Notes: generated by a model from the sequence alone, not told the origin. A DNA stretch of 64,000 nt from Lepidodermella squamata (GCA_047495785.1 JBLDXI010000023.1:558001-622000), one strand, 5' to 3'. Positions 1 to 13,092 are shown, counted from the first letter of the stretch. Numbers and translations: made by a program.

Positions 1-303
1 GATGATGGCCAGTCCCCGCTTGATCTGGCTTTGCTATTCGGGAACACCCAAGTTTTAGACATTTTAAGAGCAGTCGAAGCTGTTGTAGCTAAACCGAGAA
101 GAATAGCGCTTAGCGCTACACTGAAAATGACTACAACAACCGATGTTGAACACGATGACGCAAATGAAGTGGAAGATGAGGAAGTCGGCGATGAAAACGA
201 TGGAGGCGATGAATTCCACAAGGACAATGCAGACGAGGAGTATAATGCAGCCCGGCACAATTTTGAACGGCTCCCTCCATGCAAATTATTTAACACCGCT
301 TAA
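1..303 (+). CDS. 3' end of an ankyrin-repeat gene (paralog of the secreted ankyrin array), with acidic tail; 5' part outside window
   Basis: Frame 1 from base 1 reads DDGQSPLDLALLFGNTQVLDILRAVEAVVAKPR, which aligns with the last ankyrin repeat of the array genes (DDGLTPLDLALLYGNAKAANALMTLKALTSRP). A Thr/Asp/Glu-rich tail follows, then TAA at 301-303. Confidence 0.75.
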   Translation, partial: DDGQSPLDLALLFGNTQVLDILRAVEAVVAKPRRIALSATLKMTTTTDVEHDDANEVEDEEVGDENDGGDEFHKDNADEEYNAARHNFERLPPCKLFNTA

Positions 304-1067
304 TCGTCACGTCGATGTTACATTGCGTCAAAGCAAAAGCTAGATATTCGACAAGTTTGTTCTTGATAAAATCGACCGATTTCGTTTTAAAATAAAAGTG
401 ATGATTTTGTAATCCCACCAGTTCCTATTTGAATTTCATTGGGCCGTATGCAGTCTCCATCCTCGGAGCTTCTTCCTTGGGTTAAGTCCAGGCCTAGCCT
501 AGCCATTTCTCTTGTCAGATGTGGCATAATCTCACCCAGACTGAATCGCTCTGGGCTTTCATGCTCGCTAGTAATTCTCCGTATGGCTCGTTTGCAAGCC
601 TTTCGAGTATCGCATACATAGTATACAAAAAATCGCCTGGTTCTTTTCTTCTGCTTTTTATTAACGATCTGCTTTTTCGTAGATATAGGAAGACTCATAT
701 CGGGACGACGCATTTACACGTGATAAATATAGATGATCAAATCGAACATGTATTAAACAGGAATAAACAATACATTTATAACACTTGTGTATACGTGAGT
801 CCATTATGAGTAATTCGTAGTCAATACGAGCGAATTCATCGAAAAATCTCGCAACTTCCAAAATTATTTCAAAATTTTCCCCTAATTCTAAAAATTATTC
901 CGAATTTTTACGAAATTTTTAAACAAATTTCCACAAAAATTTGCTCACTTAATTGGAATAATTAATTAACTTATTTGCAATTAATCATTTGGACGTTGGT
1001 TTTCGAAAAATCGCTCGTATGGCTATAATAGTTTGAATCACCGATTGCGCACGTGGAGGGTCGATTA

Positions 1068-3730
1068 TCATTTCATTAGACAATGTAACGCTAGGATAGC
1101 GCCTACCACTATTGCCGATGTCGATGACAGCAAATTGGTCGAGTGGATCGAGCGGTCGGCGATGCTTTTCACCGCCACAGGGTTGAGCACAACAGCCGGC
1201 GTGACGTCCCCGTTATCCGGGCACTCATCAGCCGCGAACGCCTCCGTGTTGCACGAATCACCGCAGCACGTGCACCGTGTCGCCGAGGTCCAAATAATCG
1301 AATGCCGCCTTAGCGATATTGTTTGGTACAAGAGCCGGTTCGAAGGTGTGCATTGCTTCGGGAAAACGTCCATTTCCTTCACGCATGAGTAACTAACCAT
1401 CCGACCGGCGCCTTTGTTCTGTAGAAGTTTCAAAACCTGGCAGGAAACACAACCAGATTCTTGCTTCATAGCTTGGCTGATATTTTGTGGCTGTCTGCCC
1501 TCTTCGAAAAGGTAATTCATGAAAAATTGACCGGAATTACACGTGATTCTACTTTGACTGGAACTAACAATAGCTGGTTCAGTAGTAGCGACCAATTCAT
1601 CGGGGCGAATTATGCAGTTTTTCGCCATTTGCTCCGGGCTATTGCAGTTGCTTTCGCAGCAAATGCATTCTCGGGTTATGCCGAACTTTGTTTTGTCCGT
1701 TTGTTCGCTTTTCGAGCATTTTTGAGTGTTAGCGTCCAATTTAGCGCAGATGTAGTGAATTTTCAGGCCAGATTCGTCTAGCAACGACGTCGTCTGACAC
1801 ATTGAACAGCCTGGGACTAGAATTAATGTAGTAGAGACATTTCGCCCGTTTTTCCCGATATCAACTTGTCCGAAGTAGCAATTGATGCCAGTATCGAGGT
1901 TTCTTTCAGGATCTGGGATGTAGACGATTTTTGCAGTTGCCGGTGGACTCGGAGTTGTAGTTGTAGATGTCGTAGTGGTTGTAGTTGTAGTTGACTTTTC
2001 AGGAGGTTTGATCACACATTTATCAAGCATAGCCTCTGGTAGATTGCAACGATCTTCGCAGCAGTAACATTCTTTCTTGGTTTCACTGGTTTTGGTATCT
2101 TCAACGCATTCCGAATCTTTGCTCTCGCCAGTGTAACAAGTGAAGCTGGTTTTAACGTCATCGTCGATGAGCTCAGTTGTTTTCTGAAAAAGGCACAAAC
2201 TACAAAATCCAAGACAATCAATTTTCGACCTAATTGGTTCTCTAAAATGGGAAGCAATCTTAATTTTGCAGTTCCTCGACGACTGAACTAGAATTCAATT
2301 TCAGGGGTAAAGAAGTTTTACATTTTTAGGTAATGATCGGAGTTCATTCCATGTGTTAACAAACCTGGCATCTTGTACAGCCCGGTTGCAGTGTGATATC
2401 AGTCGCAACTTTGACGCCATTTCTCAGAATTTCCTGGCCAACATAGCACGATAAGCTGTATTCTTCGGGGATAGATTCAGCAGGCATCACCACAGCAGCT
2501 TCTGTAGACGGCCTAATCATCGTTGTAGTTACCACTTCTGTAGTTGTTGCCTGTGTCACTTCTGTGGTTACTGCTAATGGCTGGGTGGCTTCTTTTGTGG
2601 TCGATTCCTCAGCTTCAATAGCTGCCTCAGCTGCAGCTGCCGTGGTCGCAACAGGCGTTGCAGTGGCCGATGCAGCTTTTTCAGGGCAAACCTTGCCGAA
2701 TTCGGCGTTGTTGCATAGCTCCGTGCAGCATGTGCAACGCGAGAACATACTGCCCTCGACCTCCTCGTCTTCTTCTAGATTTTCCGACCGAATGCAAGTC
2801 AAAGCCATCCGCCGGTCTTTCACGCATTGATATGTTGTAATTGGAACATCTTCTTCCGATTTGATTGTAGCCTATTCGGGAATAGAAATGCGACTTACTT
2901 GAAATAAATACCTATGTGGTAATAGCAAAGCCCGTCCTAGCCCTAGCCCGTATCAAAAATTCCAATGTAGTAGCTACATCTCGATCGTGAGCAAGGTTGA
3001 GAGCAGCAATAAGAACAATGAATCTATAGATCTTGATTAAAGAGGCTGAATGCTGACCTTAATATATGATCTTTACTTTCTTCTATACTAAGTTACTAGT
3101 GGCTTGAGTAAGTAAATAATATCCTTATATTCGGTGGAACTTATTTCTCACTTTCTCATCATGAACGAAAACGAAAATCAGTTTATTTGTCACAAACTAC
3201 AACTGAGTAGTGTATCGAAAGCCAATTACAGATTCCTCATTCGATGGAGCTTGCGGTTTTCTAAGAGTTAATTGTGCCTAAAATAGGAAATTTTGGAGGA
3301 TTTAAGTGGAATTCTTGAAAAGTCCTAAATTCCTAAATAAAATATTGAAAATTAAGAAATTAGGAGATAAGCTTCTAGGAAATATTTGAAACTTGAAAAG
3401 ACCCTCGAAAATCGTAAAAAAAATTCTTGTTATCTATTTACTAGTCTCATGCAGAATATTGATTCGATTTTGATTTAGGACAAGGAATGATGAATTCATG
3501 CGAAAGCTGACATTAGCCCCTACTTGAAATTTAATTTCAAGGGTATAATATTGATTACTATTATTGACATGAAATGGGAATTTATTTTTCAAAGTGCTTA
3601 CTTGGCACATGATGCAATTCTGCTCTGGTGTAAGATTTGAAGTTTCGCCCGAGTAGCATCCCAGGGCGTGAGCGCATCCGATCTCCAGGCTGGCTATCAA
3701 CGCCACGATTAACGTGGCATGAGCCAACAT
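1068..3730 (-). CDS. Cell-surface protein with four Ly6/uPAR (three-finger)-like 10-Cys domains, Thr-rich linkers and probable GPI signal (~583 aa)
   Basis: Exons 3730-3602, 2871-2365, 2183-1068 joined by phase-0 GT-AG introns. Signal peptide MLAHATLIVALIASLEIGCAHA. Four repeats of C..CxxC..C..C..CxCC.xx.CN..C with mucin-like T/A/E/P spacers. Hydrophobic C-terminus (SAIVVGAILALHCLMK) with no cytoplasmic tail. Confidence 0.8.
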
Positions 3731-5914
3731 TTTAAATAGCCTAAATGAAAACCATGCAGCAATAAAGTATAGGTAACCTGAAAAATGAGCAAATGCCTCG
3801 GCAAAATTGATTACCGCAAAGTGTGAACAGCGCATGCTGCGGTAATAAAATTTGCGTAAAATTCACAAGCAGCTTCACGCCCGAGCGGATATGGCCATGC
3901 ACAGCGCACAGCACAGGTGAGCATCGTCATGCAAATGCTGCTCGCTCGATACACAGTACTTTAATGTGTTTCCCGTGCAATGCTATTAGCTACTACACAC
4001 TCGAGCTACAACTACTTAGCTAACGTATTTCATATATAGCGGGAAATTACTCATTACTACAACAAGCCGTAGTATACCTGGGCATACTGCTCAGTTGTGT
4101 AGCGTAGCTAACAGGCTGATCCTAATATTGCGGGGAATTATTGCGATGATAATCTCGCCGAGATGACGCAGATTATTAACGACGCACTCGAGTGTGGCGA
4201 GCGTAATGCGGATAAACAGAGAATGAACATTTTGCACAACACACAAAGTCACGGCCTTTGTTCAAAACTAATCATCGTTTTTTTGTAAAACAAAAAGCTA
4301 TATGATAAACTTTCGGCTAAAAAACCGCTAGATTGGGAAAGCAAATTTGCTGACAGTGGTATGGGTTATTGGTTTAAGGGTGCGGCCTCAAACCTCAAAC
4401 ACTATATCCAAATGCCTCATCAGGTTTCTCGTTTTCTGGAAGATTTATATAAATAAGCTGTACTGCAATTCTTTTATAACTCAAAACATGTGGCCAGAAC
4501 GTTTGGCTTCTCAGAGTAACAGTGGAGGATTTCTGATATTTTCCAATTTAAAGAGACTTCTACACTGCCTAAAGTCAAATGTGGAAATACTTTCCGAAAA
4601 ATCAAACGTTTTTCAAAGGCAAACTGCGAAACCATGGACAATTTCACCGCCATGGATTGAAGACGTTGAAAGCCAATGCTGATCACAGAAGGCTTTCAGA
4701 GAAACAGCTGAAATCAGCTTTCATATTAGTTTCATTCGGTTCAAAGTAATACCAAAGGCAACATCTGGGAATGAAGGTTCAACTCTTAAATAAATGACAT
4801 TTCTAGTTTGACTGGGGACATTCTTTTATTAAGAAAGTTGTGAAATTAAGTAATTAGGTATCCAGGCTAATTGATCAAATTGTTAATTCGGTAATCTAAA
4901 TTCTGTAAACAAAGGGCTGAAAGCTGTATTTATGATTTACTGAGCATGCCAGACAGGTTCACAAGCAAAGATCTATAATTTTTGTGACATGGCAAGATTG
5001 TAACACTGCCATACCATCCTATATATGGTTTGGAATGAGAGGAATGCGTTCGTTCACACGAATAGCCATGTACTAATTTACGATCGAAGTCAATGGCACA
5101 GTCTCGGCATAATTACCGGTTAAGTAGTTGCGGAAAATGTATTCAATGCTCACCTCTTTCAAATGATATAAATAAAGAAGCCGGCTGTTATCTGTGTTGA
5201 ATAGTGCGCGCAAGTCTTGCGTATTGCAGAGGTCTAAACAACATCAGGCAAAAAATGTGAACGGCGCGCATTTTTTCACGATTAGGAAAAACAACATGAT
5301 TGGCGCCCACTGTGAATAGATTATCGCAGCAAAAGCTACGCGCAAAACAGCCCTAGGCCGTAAATATATGACTGTTATGTATAACTAGCTATCAATCGGC
5401 TGCCATATTTTCTATTTATAACAGACAATTTTACTGTCTGCCTGCGAGCGAATCGTAGTTGCGAACGCCTGATAACAGATTGAAAAAAGGTGTTAGAGGT
5501 CGGTCTGTCAGGTCATAATAGCTTGTGTACGAAGAATCGACTAGTAGTCACGAGTGCATAAACCGCCTGTAGGCACGTGACCTTTCTGCGTGAGGCTGAA
5601 ACGTGATTCTGACAATTTTTCTCGCGAGTGAGAAAATTGCGATTGATATGAAAAGCGATTCGCACCGGCCGTGCTAAGGGAAAGAATCCACACCGGTCTG
5701 ATGCTAGAAATTGATAGTAAGACGACTGCAGTGTGAGAAGAAATCGATAATGAGCTTTATCCATTCCCAGGATATTATGTCTCAGTTATTGCCAAATCCA
5801 ATTTATTTCAATGCACGGCTCTGCGCGAAAGTCGCCCATCAGATTAGACTCTGAAAAAAACAAAGATGCACTTATCATTTTTTGCGACTCCGCCGCTATT
5901 GAATACAAGGAATA

Positions 5915-6223
5915 ATGAAACGAGGAATAAATAAATTTTGCATAAATTTCGGCTGAGCTGTGCTTGTGCTTTTTTCAAATGCGAGTCTTGCATCCTGTTT
6001 GAATCAAGATTACAAGCATTGCATAGTTTGCCTTTCCGATTTCTGTTGCTACTTCGATCACATGATATCCTATAGTGATTGCTATGCCAGTTGTTCAAAG
6101 GGAAAGAACAATCCAACGATTGGAATTGCGTGTGTCCAATATCGAGGCTTTTGGACTATAAATGTGCCGTTTTTGTGGCATCACAGCACCAAATTTGTTG
6201 CTCTAGCACGCGGCCAAGCCTAA
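5915..6223 (+). pseudogene. Possible small Cys-rich secreted peptide gene with an in-frame TGA in its signal peptide
   Basis: ATG 5915 is in frame with ORF 5960-6223: MKRGINKFCINFG*(TGA 5954-5956)AVLVLFSNASLA-SCLNQDYKHCIVCLSDFCCYF..CYASC..C. Confidence 0.3.
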
Positions 6224-6975
6224 GATGTGAATATTTGAGTTTCACGTCTTCGTTGAATCTCAAATTGGTTTCATCCAGGCCGTTATTTTCCTATACTATA
6301 ATGTCTGTAATAACCTTTCTTCTCAATACATGAGCAATAAGTTAGCAATCATTCATTGGCTGTCTTACTCGAAAATTAGCACTGGATGCATTTTATTATC
6401 CGTAGATTGTAGACTAGGTTTTTTCACGTCTGCTGACTATCTTCTCCTTTTGCAGGTTGATAAGAAACCACACCGTATGCAGGTCATATAAATCATATAA
6501 TCAAGATCATATAAATTCAAAATTAAAGTAAGAATAAGATAAATCCTTGGGGCTAATAGTAGATGGACTCGACGCTCAACGAAATCATATTCGGACGGGA
6601 GCAAAAATGGCTGAATCGCGATTATTTGTTCACGCTAAAGTTATGCTCATGAATAAAAACAATCTTTATTTAAATGCTAATTTTCGAACTATTGTGCTCA
6701 AAATGTACTGGATATCATGTTTGCTCAGCGGGCTTTTGGAATGGGTCATTTCCTTTCATTTATTCATCACGCGATAAGAAACAAGCAGCAAAGAGGCATA
6801 TTTGGAGACATTCTTAATCACGCGCAGTTATATAGGTCACAATATTTATTTTTTCCAGACATTGATTGGGGATAAGGGTTGAGCCAAAAAGGTTTAACAC
6901 GACAGCGAGGGTATATAATCAGGCTGAAAATGTCACTTTTTCAATTCACATCCTCTTCATTTCACTTGAACAATC

Positions 6976-7613
6976 ATGAAGGTAATTACCGTATTTGTTG
7001 CTGTTCTAGCTGTTGCTTTTGCGAATCCTAATCAGCAAGGTATGGCATTTTTCAAATTGAGAGCGGCAATGACACTTTTCTTGTAGACGTAGTCTGTCCG
7101 GATGGTTTCACGGGAATTTTCGAAAATAAGGCGCTTTGCTGCGCTGGCAACGCTAACCCCCTCAATCAGGGATTGGAATGCTGCGGAAATGCTGCCTACG
7201 AACCTTCGATTCAGAAGTGCTGCGATGGAGCCATTTTAGCTGCTCTTGGCGATAACAAGGAATGTGTGGCTGGCGAATCAAGTAAGTCCTCATGCTGGAG
7301 GTCGACTAAAACCTTTTGAAAGCTAGTTGTGAAGAAATTGTGAACTTCTGTTAGGGGAATTTAAGAATGATTTGCTATAGCGCCGACTAATTGAATTTTT
7401 CTGATCGAAATAGACTTTTGCCTGACCGAAGCAGGCCCCGGCATCAACAATGACGGCCCATTCGGCTTCACGCAGTGCTGCAACGCGAATGCTTTCCCCT
7501 GGGATCGTTACACCATCTATTGCTGTGGCACAGCTTCCTTCAATTCCATGTACCAGGCATGCTGTAAGAACAACAAAGTCATCCTGGGCAGGCACTCTCC
7601 ACTGACGTGCTGA
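6976..7613 (+). CDS. Galaxin-like secreted di-cysteine protein, type A copy 1 (152 aa)
   Basis: Exons 6976-7039, 7087-7281, 7414-7613 with phase-1 GT-AG introns. Signal peptide MKVITVFVAVLAVAFA. Exons 2 and 3 each encode C..CC..CC..CC..C (e.g. CCGNAAYEPSIQKCCDG). TATA-like TATATAA at ~6912. Confidence 0.85.
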
Positions 7614-7817
7614 ACATTGTTTGCATGGATGAATGATATAACGTGAAACATGAAATTACAGTAAAGGTTATGGGCAACATACTCAATTTTCGATGTCTGA
7701 GTTTGAACCAAAAACTGTACACACCCTCTTGTGCCAGTACGATTTGACCTCCATTACTATAACTTGTCGCTTGTCGTGCTTCGCGAAACGGAAAAGCCTT
7801 ATGTGAACCCTGATTCT

Positions 7818-8628
7818 GCGAATCGAGTAAGTATTCATACTACAACCTTTTAAAAACTGGTTTTTGCTCAATTCCGAAAGGTTAAAGTTTGTCACCGATT
7901 GTCATCACCGTTCAGGCTCCGCAAAAAGTGGTCGAAATCTATCGGCCCAGCTGATTTCAGCATACTTTTCAAACACCCTACTTACAGCATCAAATGCTCT
8001 CAACATTGAATTTTCATGTTCTAAGCCTCTTCCATGTTTTGGAACAAAAAACACGCATCTCGCCTGTATAACGTCTGGGCCGATACGACGATTTCGACCG
8101 GTTTGATTAAACTTCAATTGCTTCATCATTTTTCATTTCCAACTCGAAAAAATTGATACAGGGGTCACTAAGACTATGACAAACACGGTAGTTATTATTT
8201 GATCAAAACAAGATCAGAAACCCCTCGAAATTTTAATCTCAGGTAGACTATTTTAATAACTACTAACTACCATGTCCTGACCCTGCCAAATAACAGCGCG
8301 TTCGTTTGAAATTCTTATTGCCAACATCGAAAAGTAGTATTCCTCTAGAGGGCGATCAACAAATCATCAAATTCAAATTATGTTGGCAATAAGAAATAAA
8401 GAAATAAAGAAGTTGGCCAAAAAATTCCGAAATCGTCCTTATGGCCATGAAAAGGTAAAGGGCAAACTACCCGATGTCTGAATTTGGACCAAAAACTGTG
8501 CACACCTCCTGTGCCATTAAGTTCTGACCTCCATTGCTATCACTTGTCGCTTATCATGCTTCGCGACTCCTAAAAAGCATTATGTGAACCCTGATTCTGC
8601 GACAAATCACATTCCCACGAGATAATGT
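7818..8628 (+). repeat. ~810-bp segment apparently identical to 23104-23914
   Basis: Constant offset of 15286 with no differences seen by eye. It starts with the exon-2 end and donor (GCGAATCGA|GTAAGT) of the type-A copy 2 gene. The ORF track gives identical translations at 7864/23150 and 7905/23191. Confidence 0.9.
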
Positions 8629-8710
8629 GTTGTACCTATTTAGCTGCCATCGAAAAACGGAAAAAGCTGTAACCACATTTTTCTGACTATAATTCTAACG
8701 CATACATATC

Positions 8711-9429
8711 ATGAAAGCTGTCATCCTGATTTTGGCACTGGTCGCGGTTGCTGTCGCGAATCCTGAAAAGAAAAGTCAGCTCCGCATCCTATCATCATCT
8801 GCTGACAACTCTTTGATTATTTCTAGATTTAGCCTGCCCGGACGGATTCACGGGAGTTTACCAAAACAAGGCGTTGTGCTGTGACGGTAATGCCAACCCC
8901 TTAAATGAAGGACTTGAATGCTGTGGAAACGCTGCTTACGATCCTTCCATCCAGAAGTGCTGCGATGGTGCTATTCTAGCCGCACTTGGTGACAACAAAG
9001 AATGTGTGGCTGGCGAATCAAGTAAATCATTAAAATTAACTCATAAATTAGTCAAATATCCCAAAAATAGCAGTACTCTGTGCCTTCGAGGTTTTTCAAG
9101 CTCTAAAATGCCATCTCTTTTTATTTAGCTAGAACCAATTCTCAAAAATGCCACCAAGTAATCTCAAATATTTCGTAGATCGCAGAGATACAAAGGATAA
9201 TTATGTTTTACTTCGCTGATTTTCAGATTTTTGTCTGGAATCGTCGATGGGTGGCGTTGACAACAATGGCCCATTCGGCTTCACCCAGTGCTGTGGCGCT
9301 AACGCATTCGACTGGAACCGATACACCATCTACTGCTGTGGAACAGCTTCTTTCAACTCGATGGACCAGACTTGCTGCAAAGATGGCAAGGTTTTGCTTG
9401 GCGGTCAGCAGTACCCTAAGCAATGCTAA
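8711..9429 (+). CDS. Galaxin-like secreted di-cysteine protein, type B copy 1 (153 aa)
   Basis: Exons 8711-8774, 8827-9021, 9227-9429. Signal peptide MKAVILILALVAVAVA, 16 Cys in two CC-repeat modules. Confidence 0.85.
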
Positions 9430-10289
9430 ACTCCCCCATCTCTTATACATTGGGAGAAATTTCGCCTAATAAATTTCAAACATTCTATATTCCTGTGAAT
9501 AAGGCATGGGATATCATATATCAAATAAATCTTTCCTTATCCAAAGCAGATATATAGCCTGGTCAAGAAAGGTACCTTCTAAGGTGGAACTATGGGACCA
9601 TTGTTTTAACACCTTCATACCAAACAATGTGAGAGCAATGTTGCTGCGAGGGAAACTGGAGATCATTGCAACACTTTTATATGGCATGAACTAGAAGAAA
9701 GGAGCATAAGTCGTATGCAGAATTTTGAGAGAAATCAAACAAAGATGTGTTGAGGTCCTGTATTTTTATTCTTCAGCTTATCTTAAAAGCATAAACTGCA
9801 ATTAGAAACGGGCACCGGTTGCAAATTATTATAGGACAATCTACGTTATGAAAAATGACTGGTGGATAATCAGTGCCACCGTAACCATACAATATACAAT
9901 GGTATCAGTAGAATCGACGTGTCAGTGGGATGAAAACAACTGCATCCAAAATTGTTCCTTGGCATGACTATTAAGTGGCATTTGAGGTCCGAGCAACGCT
10001 CATCAGCATAATACACTTATTTCTGTGAGCCACAAAACGCCACCGGAAATCCATATTCCAGATTCAGGTCGGATTGGGTAGGAGTGCCTAATTCCAAGGG
10101 TTATGTATCAAGGCGGGGTAAGAAGAGATTGGACTAGTTTTAAAATAATATTCTATAATATACGGGCGAATATCATAGATGGATATCACGATGAATGAGA
10201 GGTAGAAGGGCAACCCCGAGGTCCAGCGGAAGGCCGGAATAGCGGGCTGGTAGAAGGTAGAAGGAAAGTTACGATGGCCTATATTATTT

Positions 10290-10855
10290 CGTCGTTGGTG
10301 CGGCTAAAAGTCCTATCTCTAAAACAATTTATTTCGAGATAAATCGAAAAAACAGCTTTATTTCCAAAATTTTCACTAAAAAATGTCACTGATGTGAAAT
10401 ATAGGGGTAATCAAACCCGGCGGATCGAATGGCGCCGGCCATTTTTACCGGTGACGCATCGTTATTGCACAATAAGGACATTCGCTGCAGATAGGACTTT
10501 TTGGTTGATTTTTCATTTTTTGTCCGTGTTTTTTTAAGGTTGTGGTTCGGGTCCTAGCGAAATCATTCATTTTTGGCCGATTTTTGCCGACTTATTTTCA
10601 CTTGGCATCGAATATCGCACTGAGTCATCGTCATTTTTTGTCGTGATCGAATTATTTTTGTGATGCACATTGCACTTTTTGTCCCCTATTCGAACTCATG
10701 CTATGGAGCACTTTTTCTGATGGAAAAAGAATGCCCTGGAAATAAATCCACGAATGTGGAGATAGGACTTTTGATCCCTAGCGAATTTTGAAATTTGAAA
10801 TCGTTTTCAATTTCGATTTTTGATGGAGATTTGACTTTTAGCCGCACCAACGACG
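10290..10855. mobile_element. MITE with 4-bp ATTT TSD (Sola-like non-autonomous DNA transposon)
   Basis: TIRs CGTCGTTGGTGCGGCTAAAAGTC / GACTTTTAGCCGCACCAACGACG, flanked by ATTT at 10286-10289 and 10856-10859. An AWWT TSD is typical of Sola1; the superfamily call is inference. Confidence 0.8.
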
Positions 10856-11306
10856 ATTTATCACTAGCTGTGGGTCCTGCGCCTTTGCGGGGTGTATGTA
10901 TTATTATAGTAAATTATGATAAAATACACGTGTTCAGTCCGATTTGCAGATCACATAGGAAATATCATTTCCGAGTCCGGGTTGACCTGACAAGGGTCTC
11001 AACTTATTCGCCAAGAAATTTGGCCGCCTTACTGATAACGGGTATTAGAGTTCTGAGGCCCCTGGCGGTTACGAAGCAAAACCCACGCGTCGGCAGTACT
11101 ACATTCATTGGCCCTGGTATCCCTGGTGCTGATTTCCACGCTGAAGTCGTGTGATTAGCAAAAATCTGATGGGAACTTGGATTTTCGAGACATACCTCAG
11201 TCTCACGAGATAATTAGAGAACCTCTATTTAAGCGATTTCAAATCGCTCCAATTCGACACAACTTACTTCTCCGTAAATATTACCGATTTAAACTCGTTC
11301 CTAAAT

Positions 11307-11938
11307 ATGAAGGCTGCCGTCTTAATTTCTGCTCTCCTGGCTGTTGCTACTGCTCGGCCTGCGAAGGAAGGTTAGCTCAATCTCTTTCCATTTTCCCTTA
11401 TCGTCTTTCTAAACCGTATAATTCGCAGACATCTCCTGCCCGGAAGGATTCACTGGAGTTTACCAAAACAATGTGCTTTGCTGTGAGGGTAACGCCCATG
11501 CGAACAACGGAATGGCTTGCTGTGGAAACGCTGGATACCACCCGAACATTCAGAAGTGCTGCAATGGCGTTGTGCTGGCTGCTCGTGGCCCAAACAAGGA
11601 GTGCGTTGCTGGCGAATCGAGTGAGTCTATTTCTCTGATTTTTCAGATCCAAGAAGACATCCGCGATTAGAGGCGTTCAAGATATCTAGGATTATACCTT
11701 TTTCTCATAATTAACCTGTTATTCTTGCTTAGATTTCTGCCTTTCCGAATACGACGGCAATGGCCTTGCTAAGAACGGCCCATTCAGCTTCACACAGTGC
11801 TGTGGCGCTAACGCTTTCGACTGGAACCGTTACACCATCAAGTGTTGCGGAACAGCTATGTACGACTCCATGTTCCAAACCTGCTGTAAGAACGAGAAAA
11901 TTATCTACGGCAAGGAGCAGTACCCTACTCAATGCTAA
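11307..11938 (+). CDS. Galaxin-like secreted di-cysteine protein, type C copy 1 (153 aa)
   Basis: Exons 11307-11370, 11429-11620, 11733-11938. Signal peptide MKAAVLISALLAVATA, same 16-Cys pattern. Confidence 0.85.
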
Positions 11939-12285
11939 AAACAATGAAAAATCAAGAGACATGTCAATAAGACATCAAGTCTAATAAAGTCTAATCCACC
12001 ATCGGATGTAATAATTAATAAAATAAAGCTAAAATGACAGCTACTCGTGGAACTACTGGCGGCTCAGGTGCCAGTGGCTTGACTCCCCCGATTCGAGTTA
12101 CGCGCAGCAAAACTGCAAAAGAATGACTGCTTATTGTGCAATGTGAGTGAAGCACGAAATATAGATCGAGTAAAACGAATGAACCGAGTGAAATCGAGGC
12201 GGAACCAGCCGGTAGGCGAGTGGAGACGAGATTTCACGAGATGAATGCGTTGTACGAGATCTGAGGGGCTTCGTGATCGAACAAC

Positions 12286-12523
12286 TGTGGCGAAGCCACC
12301 TGTTGAATATTGAATTTGAAAGTGGCGGTCGACCTTGACCGAACCTCACGGATACGTGTAGCGTTAATGTAGTGACAAATGGCGAACTATGATTGGCTGG
12401 ATATCGGTATATAAGATGACTTGTTAATAATGTCGGAGAAGATTTCGGAGAATAAACTAGAGATCATTAATAACGTGTTTTATTGTTGCCAGTAGAGCTA
12501 CTAGCCTTGGTCTTCTCGCCACA
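12286..12523 (+). repeat. 5' LTR
   Basis: TG...CA termini, internal TATATAA (~12408) and AATAAA (12451). Confidence 0.95.
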
Positions 12524-12524
12524 C

Positions 12525-12538
12525 TGGTGTCAGAAGTG
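12525..12538 (+). promoter_or_regulatory. Primer-binding site, tRNA-Leu type
   Basis: TGGTGTCAGAAGTG one base after the LTR, complementary to the 3' end ...CACTTCTGACACCA of eukaryotic tRNA-Leu. Confidence 0.8.
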
Positions 12539-13092
12539 TGTGCTTATTTTTCTTTCACGTTTAGGTTATTTACCGGTCCGAACCCGCGATTTGCCGTGGT
12601 CCGCGCCCGAGAGTCGTGAGTTGTGTTATTTCGTTGCAGAGTTAAGGAACAAAATTCGTAGGTGTCTGGTGGTAATTGAACCACAGAGTACGTAAATTAA
12701 ATTCCTCGAGTAAATTCTCCCTTTGAATTTTTGCATACTGGTGGCCACCAAACCTAAATTGTGTCGGTTCAATCGTGAATAGCAAAAAAAAAAAAAAAAT
12801 TTTACGTCGCTGATAGTCATTGATAAAATTATTGGCTGGCTCGAGCCGTGCGAATTTCTGAATTGATCCGTAATAAAAGATAAATTAACAAAAAAACAAT
12901 CGCGAATTTTATAGAGACTTTGACTGAATTACGTCTGCAATAAAGCAAAAAGTTAGCTAGGGGTTTACACGCTACAACTAATCATTTCGGTTCATTTTTT
13001 ACGTCGTCGCGTCGCGCTTTTCTTCGTCGTCGTCGAGGATTTCGGTCGCTTTTAGCCCATCGTTCCATCCACTCGTTCATTTGCGTCGTTCC

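Noticed and set aside
5954-5956. Selenocysteine recoding of the in-frame TGA
   Set aside because: It falls in a putative signal peptide and I could not identify a SECIS element downstream.
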